Of a DNA stretch of 64,000 bases, positions 48,412-57,606 are shown one piece after another. The DNA is taken from positions 52 to 64,051 of the forward strand of contig CAYGIG010000001.1 of the NCBI GenBank assembly GCA_964349875.1, in the 5' to 3' direction. A program made the position numbers and the translations under genes. The notes beneath the pieces were generated by a model. That model searched no databases and was not told the origin of the DNA. It was given only the letters and a program-made list of their open reading frames with translations. Position 1 is the first letter of the stretch. Every line of letters starts with the position of its first letter. Source of the DNA: an uncultured Gammaproteobacteria bacterium (GTDB lineage Bacteria; Patescibacteriota; Microgenomatia; CAYQLK01).

Positions 48412-49443
48412 ATGAAATCTGCCCCGATCAAATCATCAACTCAAGACCATCTAGATATCGCAGACATTCGCGATGATGTTGTTATACTTAAAGATAATTC
48501 CGCCGCAATCGTTATTCAAACAGCGGCCATAAATTTTGAACTGCTCTCCGAGTCTGAACAGGATTCAATTATTTATTCATACGCCGGACTATTAAACTCA
48601 CTTAACTTCACCACACAAATCGTTGTACGCAGTAAAAAAATCGATCTTAGTAATTATTTACAGCTGATCTCAGACGCAGAATCCCATCAGGCTAACCCTG
48701 ATATCAAGCGCCAGATCTATCAGTACCGGCAGTTTATTCAGACGATTGTTCAGCAAAATAACGTCTTAGAGAAAAAATTCTACGTGGTTGTTCCTTTTAA
48801 TCCACTCGAGTTAGGCGTCAAGGGCGCAGCTTTAGGCAAAGTTCAAAAAGACACAACACACCTTCAGGGTTTTATTGATTTGGTCAAAACCAGTCTTTAT
48901 CCAAAACGAGACCATTTGATCAAACAGTTTGCTCGTCTAGGAGTTAAATCCAAACAATTAACCACTCAGGAGTTAATAGAGCTGTATTTTGATATTTACA
49001 ATCCAAGCGAGGTCGGATTGCAAAAAATCACCGAAGCTGCAGGATCATACACCTCCCCAATGGTCTCACCGGCCGTAGCTGCTCCAAATCTCGCAGATCC
49101 AAGCACAAACGACTTAGCTCCGATCGTACCGACTACATCAAACCTTGCCCAATCGGGTCCAAACCTTGAATTACAACCTGCCCCTTTTGCACCTGCAGCA
49201 CCGCAAAACAACCCCACAATCTCAGCTCCGCCACCAAGTATTCAGCCGGCTACTCCCGTTGTCACCACTGAAACTCCGATCCAAAATACCAACATTCCGC
49301 CAATTCCAGATCAAACTCCGGTAAACTCATTTTCTCCCGCTGCACAAAACTCTCAAGCCCCAGAACAGCCCGAGGTAACTCCCAGCAGCAACACTCTCGA
49401 TCCTGACATTCTAAAGGCTCTCGATGCACTAAAATCGCCTTAA
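48412..49443 (+). CDS. VirB4 N-terminal-domain-like protein lacking the ATPase domain, with Pro-rich C-terminal tail
   Basis: DIADIRDDVVILKDNSAAIVIQTAAINFELLSESEQDSIIYSYAGLLNSLNFTTQIVVRS follows the N-terminal pattern of VirB4/TrbE family proteins. No Walker motifs. C-terminal ~120 aa are Pro/Ala/Thr-rich. Confidence 0.45.
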   Translation: MKSAPIKSSTQDHLDIADIRDDVVILKDNSAAIVIQTAAINFELLSESEQDSIIYSYAGLLNSLNFTTQIVVRSKKIDLSNYLQLISDAESHQANPDIKRQIYQYRQFIQTIVQQNNVLEKKFYVVVPFNPLELGVKGAALGKVQKDTTHLQGFIDLVKTSLYPKRDHLIKQFARLGVKSKQLTTQELIELYFDIYNPSEVGLQKITEAAGSYTSPMVSPAVAAPNLADPSTNDLAPIVPTTSNLAQSGPNLELQPAPFAPAAPQNNPTISAPPPSIQPATPVVTTETPIQNTNIPPIPDQTPVNSFSPAAQNSQAPEQPEVTPSSNTLDPDILKALDALKSP

Positions 49444-49465
49444 CGGCACAAAAAATAATAAACAT

Positions 49466-51334
49466 ATGAGTATATTCGGCAAGAAAAACAACCAAGACTC
49501 AGGCCAGACAGCACCACAGTTGGCATCTGCTCAGGCAAAAGCCGTTGCACAAGGTACGGTTTCAGTACGCGACATTATCGCCCCGCCTGCAATTGAGGTT
49601 GACTTTGACTCAATAAAAATCGGAGAAACGTACTTTAAAACACTCTTTGTTATTGGCTACCCTCGATATGTGGGTGCCAACTGGCTATCTCCGCTTATTA
49701 ACTTCAACCACACACTGGAAATATCTATGTTTCACTATCCTGTCGAAGCCCAGGCTGTTTTAGATGACATTAAGCGAAAGATCGGCGAAATGGAAGCCAC
49801 GATCTCTACCGACATCCAAAGAGGAAAAGTCGTTGACCCAAGTGTTGAGGTCGCACTCGACGACGCACGTGAATTTCAGCAGAATCTTGTCAAAGGAGCC
49901 GAAAAATTCTTCCAGTTTGGTCTTTATGTCACAGTTCCCGCCGACACCAAAGAGGAGCTTGTAAATATCACCAAACAAGTCGAGAGCCTGCTTGGCTCTA
50001 TTATGGTCATCTCCAAACACGCAACACTACAGCAAGAAGACGGATTCCGTACCACACTGCCTTACGGTCACGACAAAATGCTTGTGACCAGAAACATGGA
50101 CACAACCTCGCTGGCCACAACTTTTCCGTTTACTTCCAGCTCGCTTACCAGCAATGAAGGAATTATGTATGGTATCAACGAGCACAACGGCTCGCTTATT
50201 ATCTTTGACCGTTTTAGTCTGGAAAATGCCAATACGGTAATTTTTGCAAAATCCGGTGGAGGAAAGTCGTATTTAACCAAACTTGAGGCTCTCCGCTCTC
50301 TAATGTTCGGAACAGAAATCATCATTATTGATCCTGAGGAAGAATATAAAAATCTCTGTACAGCAATAGGCGGCGAATATATTAGTTTTGACTTCAACTC
50401 CGACACCAAAATTAACCCATTTGATCTCTCCGGAGTTTACGAAGAAGGCGAAAACGAGCTGGGCCTCAAAATCCTTTCACTCCACGGGTTGTTCAGAGTC
50501 ATCATGGGACAGCTTTCTGCCACTGAAGATGCTATTCTCGACCGAGCCTTGGTACTCGCTTACAAGAACAAAGGCATAACCGCTGATCCTCAAACACAAA
50601 CCCTTCAACCGCCATTGATGGAAGATTTGTACAAAGCCCTAATCGGCATGGAGGAACCACAAGCACAAACTCTGGCCGAAAGGATTGAAAAATTTGTCAA
50701 AGGCTCATTGGTTGGAATTTTTGATCAATATTCCAATCTGGATATCCGAAACACATTCACTGTTTTTAGTATTAAAAATCTCGAAGCAGAACTTCGTCCT
50801 ATCGCAATGTACATCATCCTCGATTTTATTTGGACCAGAGTTAAAAGGGATCTTAAAAAGAGAATACTAATAGTCGATGAGGCTTGGTACATGATGCAAT
50901 ATCCGGACTCGGCCACTTTTATGTATTCAATTGCCAAGCGCGCCCGAAAATATTATCTCGGCCTGACCACTATCACACAGGATGTTGAAGATTTTCTCGG
51001 TACTGAGTACGGCAAAGCCATCGTTACAAACTCCAGTTTGCAGATTTTACTCAAACAATCTCCCGCAGCAATCGACAAACTCGCCGAAGTCTTTTATCTC
51101 TCAGAAGGAGAAAAACATCTGCTTTTGGCCGCAGATGTTGGAGAAGGGTTGTTTTTTGCAGGCAGCTCCCATGTCGCTATGCGTGTAATTGGCTCTCCAG
51201 AGGAACACCAACTTGTTACCAGCAACCCCAAAGAAGTACTTGAAATGCAAAACCAGGCTGAAGCCGAACAGGCAAACATTGATAGAGACAGCTCTCAAGC
51301 ACAAGCCTCTGATCAAACTCAGGAAATCATCTAA
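49466..51334 (+). CDS. virB4: VirB4/TraC/CagE-family T4SS ATPase (Gram-positive-type, PrgJ/TcpF/ConE-like)
   Basis: N-terminal KTLFVIGYPRYVGANWLSPLINF. Walker A FAKSGGGKSY. Walker B ILIVDEAWYMM. LGLTTITQDVEDF C-terminal motif. 622 aa. Confidence 0.85.
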   Translation: MSIFGKKNNQDSGQTAPQLASAQAKAVAQGTVSVRDIIAPPAIEVDFDSIKIGETYFKTLFVIGYPRYVGANWLSPLINFNHTLEISMFHYPVEAQAVLDDIKRKIGEMEATISTDIQRGKVVDPSVEVALDDAREFQQNLVKGAEKFFQFGLYVTVPADTKEELVNITKQVESLLGSIMVISKHATLQQEDGFRTTLPYGHDKMLVTRNMDTTSLATTFPFTSSSLTSNEGIMYGINEHNGSLIIFDRFSLENANTVIFAKSGGGKSYLTKLEALRSLMFGTEIIIIDPEEEYKNLCTAIGGEYISFDFNSDTKINPFDLSGVYEEGENELGLKILSLHGLFRVIMGQLSATEDAILDRALVLAYKNKGITADPQTQTLQPPLMEDLYKALIGMEEPQAQTLAERIEKFVKGSLVGIFDQYSNLDIRNTFTVFSIKNLEAELRPIAMYIILDFIWTRVKRDLKKRILIVDEAWYMMQYPDSATFMYSIAKRARKYYLGLTTITQDVEDFLGTEYGKAIVTNSSLQILLKQSPAAIDKLAEVFYLSEGEKHLLLAADVGEGLFFAGSSHVAMRVIGSPEEHQLVTSNPKEVLEMQNQAEAEQANIDRDSSQAQASDQTQEII

Positions 51335-51389
51335 AATCAGCCTGAAATGGCCTGCTACACCATAAAAGATTTATGATTAAGTAAGTAGT

Positions 51390-54300
51390 ATGCCTCAACA
51401 GACAGCCGAACAAACCAAACCCAAAAACGCCCTTGATCAACTTCTTCAATTCCGGCTGGCCGATTGGGCTTTGGAATTTTTTGAAACATCAAGCTCAGAA
51501 CAAAACCCGCCGCGCTTCCCAACCCCTGAAGAATTTAATCAAAAATTTCACGATTTATTTCCGGATGCCGACTATCAGCAAACACTTATTGTTATCCAAA
51601 ATATCGCTGATAAATATCACGTTAACGATATTGGTCAGAACATTATTCTGTTAAGGCAAATTTTTGCAGGTCTAATAAAAAACGACCTTGAAGAATTAGA
51701 AATCTCAACCGAAACTTCAACTCCTATCATTCAAAAAACAAAGGGAGAACAAAAAACCCTTCCAAAAAGCGGGCTGGCAGTGCTTGAAGAGGTCGATTCA
51801 ATCATTGAAAAACTTCGACAGACTCGCACTGAAGAGACTTTGCCTCCGGCAGTGGAGCTGCCTGAAACATTAAAGATCCCCACTCCGCAAGCCCAGCCGG
51901 CTTCTTTCCAAACTGCTGATTTGCCCGCGTCACCACGGCCCATCCAGTCAGACTCAAACATCAACAAACCACAACTTACGCTCCCAAACGACTTTAAAAC
52001 ACAAACCACACCGGCTTCAATTGCCGAGTCCGATATCGCACCCACGACTAAAAGACTCGAAGGCACGGTCAACCTTACTCATACCGAACTTCAAACTGCA
52101 GTTAAAAACCTTATTCTCTCTCCGGTCGTCGCCGCAAATATCTTTTCCCGTCAAATTGATAAACCAAACCAAGAAAGAATAGCTGCCAACATTGCCAAGG
52201 CCGTGGCAACACGAATTGTCTACACCACCCACACCGCAGACTTTCAAGAACTTTCACCAGTTTTAGCTTCAGAAATCTACGAATCTGCCACACAAGACCC
52301 CTTAACAGCTCCGAGTTCCGGAAAACTACTAAAATCTGAAGATTTCCTGCAAGCTGTCGATACTATTTCCGAAAACAACTTTCCGGCAATTTCTCAAGCC
52401 AACGTTGCTTCCCAAATTCTCCTAATCAGCACACTTACAGACTCTAAAAATGCACCAGCTGTACACAGCGAAATCATTAATAAAGCAGTCACAACCAGCT
52501 TAAAAATTAATCCCGCCAAAAATACCGCCAAAAACAAGCTCACTATAACCACAGCAGTTCAGCAAGTGTATCTTCCGGCAATCGCAGTAAGGGTTTTATC
52601 AAAAACCAAAGAAGATCTTGATAAAAATATCCCTCTCGAACCAAAACGCTTCCTCCAAAATCTCGACACGGCTCAAGAACAAAGTTTTCAGTCTTTCTTA
52701 AAACATTTAGACAATAAGCTCGAAGACAAAACCATCATTGCCGAAGCAATACCCAGGTTTGTAATCGATACGGTCTCACAAGAAATCCTTAAACCTGTAA
52801 ATGTTTACGCCCAAGGACAGAGATCAATTAATACGCCAGAAGCCGAGGCTGCCGAAAACCACGCCTTTGCATCACTCATGTCCAACCCCAAAAGACAACA
52901 GGAAAGCTATCAGGATTTTTTGGTTGAGTCTCTGCACCCAAACCCGCAGAGATATTCTGTGCTTCACGAAAGCGTTCGAGAGTTCGGCAACAGGGAATCA
53001 AAAAGTCTTGGTCAGACAATATTGCTCGCGAATTACACAAGCGAAATGGATCTATATGAACAAATTCCTCAATTTAAAAACCCTGCTCGCAGGTCGATTT
53101 GGAGAATGGGCGGGTTTTCGCGCAGTTATTATTCTCAAAGCCCCGCGGGCCAAGCAGTTACAAGATCGGTCAATTTTGTGCCTAAAAAATCGTATTTCAA
53201 GTTTTCTCAAAAATTCTCATCCGGCAGAGCAAAGGGTGCTCTAAAAGCATTTGCTAAAAAAGGGGCTGGTAAGGTCGCCGCAAAAGTGGGTATTTCAGTC
53301 GCAGTCGGAGCAGCAACCGGCGGCACGTCATTGCTCTTACAGGCAGCAATTATGCTCGCTCTAAAATTCAAAAAACAAATTGCCAAAATTCTTGGAGTCC
53401 TAATTGCTTTACAAATATTGTTTTTGCTTTGGCTTTTAACGCAAGCCGCTGCTTTTGTTATGGGGGCACTCGTTGGAGCCACAATAGGCTTTGCTCTTGG
53501 CGGACCAATTGGAGCAATGGTAGGCGGATTTTTGGGCGGCACAGCTTCAGTTTGGTTGTACAGCCATTTCCCTCCTTATGCAGCGTTTGTTGACAATGTC
53601 TTACTTAATCTACCTAAACTTTGGAGTGCTGTTACAGCGCCAATAGGATGGGCAGCCTCAGCATTTGGAGCAATAAGCGCGACAGCCTCATTTGTTGGTG
53701 GCGCAGCGGGAGCAACTGCTTCTTTTATTGGTGGCGGGGCCTCGTTTGTTGGTGGATTATTAACAGGAGGAGGTGGCGGCAGCGCAATTGTCTCAACACT
53801 CGCAAGCCCAGGCGTACTCATTCCCACAGCCACCGTCGGAGGGCTCGCCGCTTTTTCTGTCCTTAGTTACAACCTGTTAGCTTCAGCTTTATACACTAAC
53901 CCCAGTCTTCCGGAGCAAATTGTCCTTCCGGGCGATGCCACTGAAGGAGAAACAACAAACACATATATTTCGATTCAAAAATTGGCCTCTGTAAATGCAA
54001 AATCTCTCGGACCAGCCAAAACTATCAACCTTGAAAACTTCGACCTGCCCCAAACCGTGACTTACTCAGTCAGCATCACTGCAGGCGCGCAACCCGTTTA
54101 CAACATAACTTGTACAGATGCTATTACTCACACCACTAAATCAGGCTCGGTCAGAAATCTTACAAGCCCGGCAATTAACTGCCCAACCTCTTTAGCTCCG
54201 AATCAATCAGAGCTGATAACATACAACTTAAATCTAGCCTCTGATCCCATCTTTTATGACTCCAGTATAAATAATAAGTTTTCGATTAATTTCAAATCTT

Positions 54301-54872
54301 TTGACCCTGATGTCACTCCTATTCCTGATGTCAGCGGTGGTTTTATCAACTCCGTTTCAAGCCAAGCTAATGACTTAGCGGCAGTATTTATTGGCACTCC
54401 AGCCAGTGAGTGTCCGTCCGGATGGCCGGTAGCAGGCACTGGGCGCGTAACCCAGGGTCCTGGTGGTAATATTTCCCACCAATCACTTGAGGCTGTTGAT
54501 ATTGCCACTTTTTACACCGACAGCCTTTTGGCCAGCTTTAACGGTGTAGTTCAATACAAATACACCGACCCCGACGGAAATCATCCGATCACCGGAAGGA
54601 CTGGATACACTGTGATCTTAAACGGAACCTGCAATGGTGTACCATTTCAGGTAATTTACGGCCACATGGATTCTTTTGGAGCCGGTATCGAAGTCGGGTC
54701 TGTTGTGACAAAAGGGCAGGTAATTGGCTACGAAGGATATACTGGATATATCCTTCCTCCAGACATTAGAGGAACACATCTGCATTACGAATTCCGCGGT
54801 TTGAGAATGGAACCGCCTTTTATACCTGAAGATGTGCGTGATTGCTCAGGAAATTGTGCAACCGTAAACTAA
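51390..54872 (+). CDS. giant (1160 aa) membrane protein with central Gly/Ala-rich TM cluster and C-terminal M23 (LytM) peptidoglycan endopeptidase domain; candidate T4SS cell-wall hydrolase (VirB1/PrgK/CwlT analogue)
   Basis: C-terminus GNISHQSLEAVDIAT ... GHMDSFGAGIEVGSVVTKGQVIGYEGYTGYILPPDIRGTHLHYEF carries the M23 HxxxD and HxH motifs. Residues ~620-800 hold 5-6 TM helices with GGAAGATASFIGGGASFVGGLLTGGGGG. Confidence 0.6.
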   Translation: MPQQTAEQTKPKNALDQLLQFRLADWALEFFETSSSEQNPPRFPTPEEFNQKFHDLFPDADYQQTLIVIQNIADKYHVNDIGQNIILLRQIFAGLIKNDLEELEISTETSTPIIQKTKGEQKTLPKSGLAVLEEVDSIIEKLRQTRTEETLPPAVELPETLKIPTPQAQPASFQTADLPASPRPIQSDSNINKPQLTLPNDFKTQTTPASIAESDIAPTTKRLEGTVNLTHTELQTAVKNLILSPVVAANIFSRQIDKPNQERIAANIAKAVATRIVYTTHTADFQELSPVLASEIYESATQDPLTAPSSGKLLKSEDFLQAVDTISENNFPAISQANVASQILLISTLTDSKNAPAVHSEIINKAVTTSLKINPAKNTAKNKLTITTAVQQVYLPAIAVRVLSKTKEDLDKNIPLEPKRFLQNLDTAQEQSFQSFLKHLDNKLEDKTIIAEAIPRFVIDTVSQEILKPVNVYAQGQRSINTPEAEAAENHAFASLMSNPKRQQESYQDFLVESLHPNPQRYSVLHESVREFGNRESKSLGQTILLANYTSEMDLYEQIPQFKNPARRSIWRMGGFSRSYYSQSPAGQAVTRSVNFVPKKSYFKFSQKFSSGRAKGALKAFAKKGAGKVAAKVGISVAVGAATGGTSLLLQAAIMLALKFKKQIAKILGVLIALQILFLLWLLTQAAAFVMGALVGATIGFALGGPIGAMVGGFLGGTASVWLYSHFPPYAAFVDNVLLNLPKLWSAVTAPIGWAASAFGAISATASFVGGAAGATASFIGGGASFVGGLLTGGGGGSAIVSTLASPGVLIPTATVGGLAAFSVLSYNLLASALYTNPSLPEQIVLPGDATEGETTNTYISIQKLASVNAKSLGPAKTINLENFDLPQTVTYSVSITAGAQPVYNITCTDAITHTTKSGSVRNLTSPAINCPTSLAPNQSELITYNLNLASDPIFYDSSINNKFSINFKSFDPDVTPIPDVSGGFINSVSSQANDLAAVFIGTPASECPSGWPVAGTGRVTQGPGGNISHQSLEAVDIATFYTDSLLASFNGVVQYKYTDPDGNHPITGRTGYTVILNGTCNGVPFQVIYGHMDSFGAGIEVGSVVTKGQVIGYEGYTGYILPPDIRGTHLHYEFRGLRMEPPFIPEDVRDCSGNCATVN

Positions 54873-54874
54873 AA

Positions 54875-55897
54875 ATGACACTAACGGACCTAAAATCAAA
54901 ATTATCAAAATATTGGATCTTTATTTTCTTCGGCGGCTTTTTTCTTGTGTTCATTCTTCTCTACCTAGCTCTCAACCCATCCAAAACACCTACTACTCCA
55001 ACAGGCTCCAAAACCGTCATTCCTGCTGAATCTAGGCCTGGCGCCGATCCGTTCGTTTCCAAACCTAAAAAATATCAAATTGCAACCAGCATTGGTTCGT
55101 TCTCTATACCCACACAAGCCTCCAATCTGTCCGTTAATAATACTCCTATTGATTCAACCAAAATTGCACAAGTGTTTAACTTTGACCCAACCAACTTTAA
55201 AGAACTGCCGACTGATCTGGGGGTTAGAAAGGTTTTTATTGACCAAAACAGGACGCTAACCATCGACAGTCTCACTATCACCTATCGCAACCCCCAAACC
55301 CAAACGGGTTCGGTTCAATTGGACGTAATCAAATCTCAAGCGGAAAATACTCTCCGATCCGTATCTATAAATAATGAATTATCTCTTTCTGGGCCGGAAT
55401 TTCATCTATCGACAAACCAAACCGACAAAGCCGTTGCACAATTTGAAGATGGTGACACTATCACTTACAAAATTCTTATTTCAGTAAATAGTTTACCTGT
55501 TGGCACTGACCGCACACCAGACACCTCAGTTGGCGTTATCACCCTCGATCATTCAGGAGAAGTTATCAGTTTTAGCCTTATCACTTCAAACTATTCTGTA
55601 AAGGACCCTATAAATATTATTTCTACTCAAACAGCTATCACTAAACTCACCAACAACCAATCGGTCGTTCTTCAGGTTAAAAAACTCTCAGGCACAAAGA
55701 CCGAAGAAGAATCCTATTATGTTACTAATTACAAAGACATTAATATTGATTCAGTCAAAGTCGCTTATTTCTTTCCGACGACCAAAAACTCGCAAACTAT
55801 TTTCCCTTTTTATATTTTTTCGGGCACTGCAACTTCAAATGAAAACCAGCAATACAGAATATCTCTAGCTGTTGAGGCGGTTGCGTCTTCCAATTAG
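54875..55897 (+). CDS. membrane-anchored exported protein, last gene of the T4SS-like locus (VirB8-like candidate; topology only)
   Basis: Start moved to the ATG at 54875. N-terminal TM IFIFFGGFFLVFILLYLAL, then a ~300-aa Thr/Ser-rich beta-rich domain. Confidence 0.4.
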   Translation: MTLTDLKSKLSKYWIFIFFGGFFLVFILLYLALNPSKTPTTPTGSKTVIPAESRPGADPFVSKPKKYQIATSIGSFSIPTQASNLSVNNTPIDSTKIAQVFNFDPTNFKELPTDLGVRKVFIDQNRTLTIDSLTITYRNPQTQTGSVQLDVIKSQAENTLRSVSINNELSLSGPEFHLSTNQTDKAVAQFEDGDTITYKILISVNSLPVGTDRTPDTSVGVITLDHSGEVISFSLITSNYSVKDPINIISTQTAITKLTNNQSVVLQVKKLSGTKTEEESYYVTNYKDINIDSVKVAYFFPTTKNSQTIFPFYIFSGTATSNENQQYRISLAVEAVASSN

Positions 55898-56208
55898 GCC
55901 GTTTTTACCTTTACGTTTATTTTTTTTACTAAACCCCGTCCCAAAGATTTGTTTAATTGCAACATTAATCCTTTTGAGTTTCTTCTTATTTCCACCACCT
56001 CAAGCCCATTTCTAGCCTCTAAACTTAGTAACCCTTGACTAAATGCCACCACACAAACAACCAAACTACTTCCAAACTTGTTTTTAACCCATTTATCAAT
56101 AATTGGCTGACTCACAGAAATGACCTGTAAGGCCCCTAGGGCCCCTTTTTCCCTACTGGTAAAGCTGAGCTGACGAATTAGCCCTCCGGCCTTTTCAAAT
56201 CCCGCCAT
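55894..56208 (-). CDS. DUF721/DciA-like small protein downstream of dnaN
   Basis: 104 aa. LVVCVVAFSQGLLSLEARNGLEVVEIRRNSKGLMLQLN resembles the DUF721 core (V..s.W.qEL......l..rLN). The position after dnaN is typical for DciA. Confidence 0.45.
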   Translation of the reverse strand: MAGFEKAGGLIRQLSFTSREKGALGALQVISVSQPIIDKWVKNKFGSSLVVCVVAFSQGLLSLEARNGLEVVEIRRNSKGLMLQLNKSLGRGLVKKINVKVKTA

Positions 56209-56232
56209 AAGCCATTTAAAGTCTTTTAACCC

Positions 56233-57363
56233 TTACTCTTGAAGCCGAACAGGCATAATAATATGCATAAATTCAACCCCTGTCTCGTTTTTCTCTAGAG
56301 TGAACTTTCCTGGTTTTAGGCTCTCTAATATCTCCAGAGTAAACTTTTCAGACTCACATATTCCCAAGAAATCATTTAAGTACCGCCAATTAAAAGCGAT
56401 TTCGCCGGACGGGCCGGATAATTCACCCTCAATTTCATTCTTTTCCTCTCCAATTTCCCTCGAAACCGAAGAGACCAGCAAACCAAGACCGTCACCCAGT
56501 CCAAGCCTGACCACATTTCCGGACTCTTTTGCAAAAACCGCTGCCTGGGTTAATGCCCGCGCGAACTCATCTTTAGCTACGGAAATACTTGTACTAAAAC
56601 TGTCAGGAACTATTTTTCTCCAGTTTGGATATTCTCCTTCAATTATTCTTGAAACTATTTTAACTTCTCCAGCTTTAAACACAGCTTGTTTGTCATTTTC
56701 TGATAACCACACCCCTATTTCATCATTCTGGCCGGCCAGTTTTGACACCTCTTGTAGGGTCCGTGCCGGAATTACAGTTCTTATTGGTTTTGTTGCAAAT
56801 TCGCCGCTAAACATTGCATGCGAAAGTCGATAACCATCGGTTGCAACTAATTCAAGTCCTTTTTCGCTCAAATCAAACAAGACTCCTGCCAAAATCGGCC
56901 TGGATTCATCCACCGCAGCCGCAAATTCAACTTTATCTATTGCGTATGAAAAGGTCTTCGCTGGTATTTTTACACGTGCTTCACCCACCTCTGTCGGTAT
57001 TACCGGGAAATCCTCTGTTGGGGCGGTATTTAATTTTGCTGCAAACTTACCCGAAACCAAACTTCCGATTCCATCAATGATCTCCAAGCTTAATGTTCCG
57101 GGATTTAATGTAGATACTAGGTCACTCAGTATTTTCCCTGGAACCGCTATTTTTCCTATATATGTTTCTGTAGCTGTAAGTGTGACTGAAATTGCAATAT
57201 CGAGATTTGTCGATGAAACAGTAATTTTTCCTTCATATACCTCTATAAGAAAATTACTAAGGATCGGCAAGGTGATTCTTGTACTTATTGCCCTAATTAC
57301 CAACTGAAGGGCCTTGCTGAATTCTTCTTGTTTTACTGAAAAACCGATTTTTTTGTCAGACAT
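56233..57363 (-). CDS. dnaN: DNA polymerase III beta subunit (sliding clamp)
   Basis: 376 aa. Three-domain beta-clamp pattern. Immediately downstream of dnaA. Confidence 0.9.
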   Translation of the reverse strand: MSDKKIGFSVKQEEFSKALQLVIRAISTRITLPILSNFLIEVYEGKITVSSTNLDIAISVTLTATETYIGKIAVPGKILSDLVSTLNPGTLSLEIIDGIGSLVSGKFAAKLNTAPTEDFPVIPTEVGEARVKIPAKTFSYAIDKVEFAAAVDESRPILAGVLFDLSEKGLELVATDGYRLSHAMFSGEFATKPIRTVIPARTLQEVSKLAGQNDEIGVWLSENDKQAVFKAGEVKIVSRIIEGEYPNWRKIVPDSFSTSISVAKDEFARALTQAAVFAKESGNVVRLGLGDGLGLLVSSVSREIGEEKNEIEGELSGPSGEIAFNWRYLNDFLGICESEKFTLEILESLKPGKFTLEKNETGVEFMHIIMPVRLQE

Positions 57364-57606
57364 ATCTTTATTATTTTTTTATTTATAACAAGTAGTCGTT
57401 AGTAATATACTCTGTAGATATGTGTATTGCTAAGCATCTCCCAGGCGTAAATTTTCTGTCTAGAACTAACAACATCCTATCAGAATAAGCTATTTTTGTA
57501 TTATACCCCATAATTTTAGGTTCTTTTTGGGTTTACTTTGTCTGTAAAAACCATTTGGTATTGTGGATAAGATTGTGGACAAAACCTTATCTTCTGTGTA
57601 CAACTT
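57364..57606. other. oriC candidate (dnaA-dnaN intergenic) with DnaA boxes and an AT-rich unwinding element
   Basis: TGTGGATAA (perfect, 57562-57570) and TGTGGACAA (57574-57582). AT-rich tract tattatttttttatttataa at 57364-57385. Confidence 0.65.
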
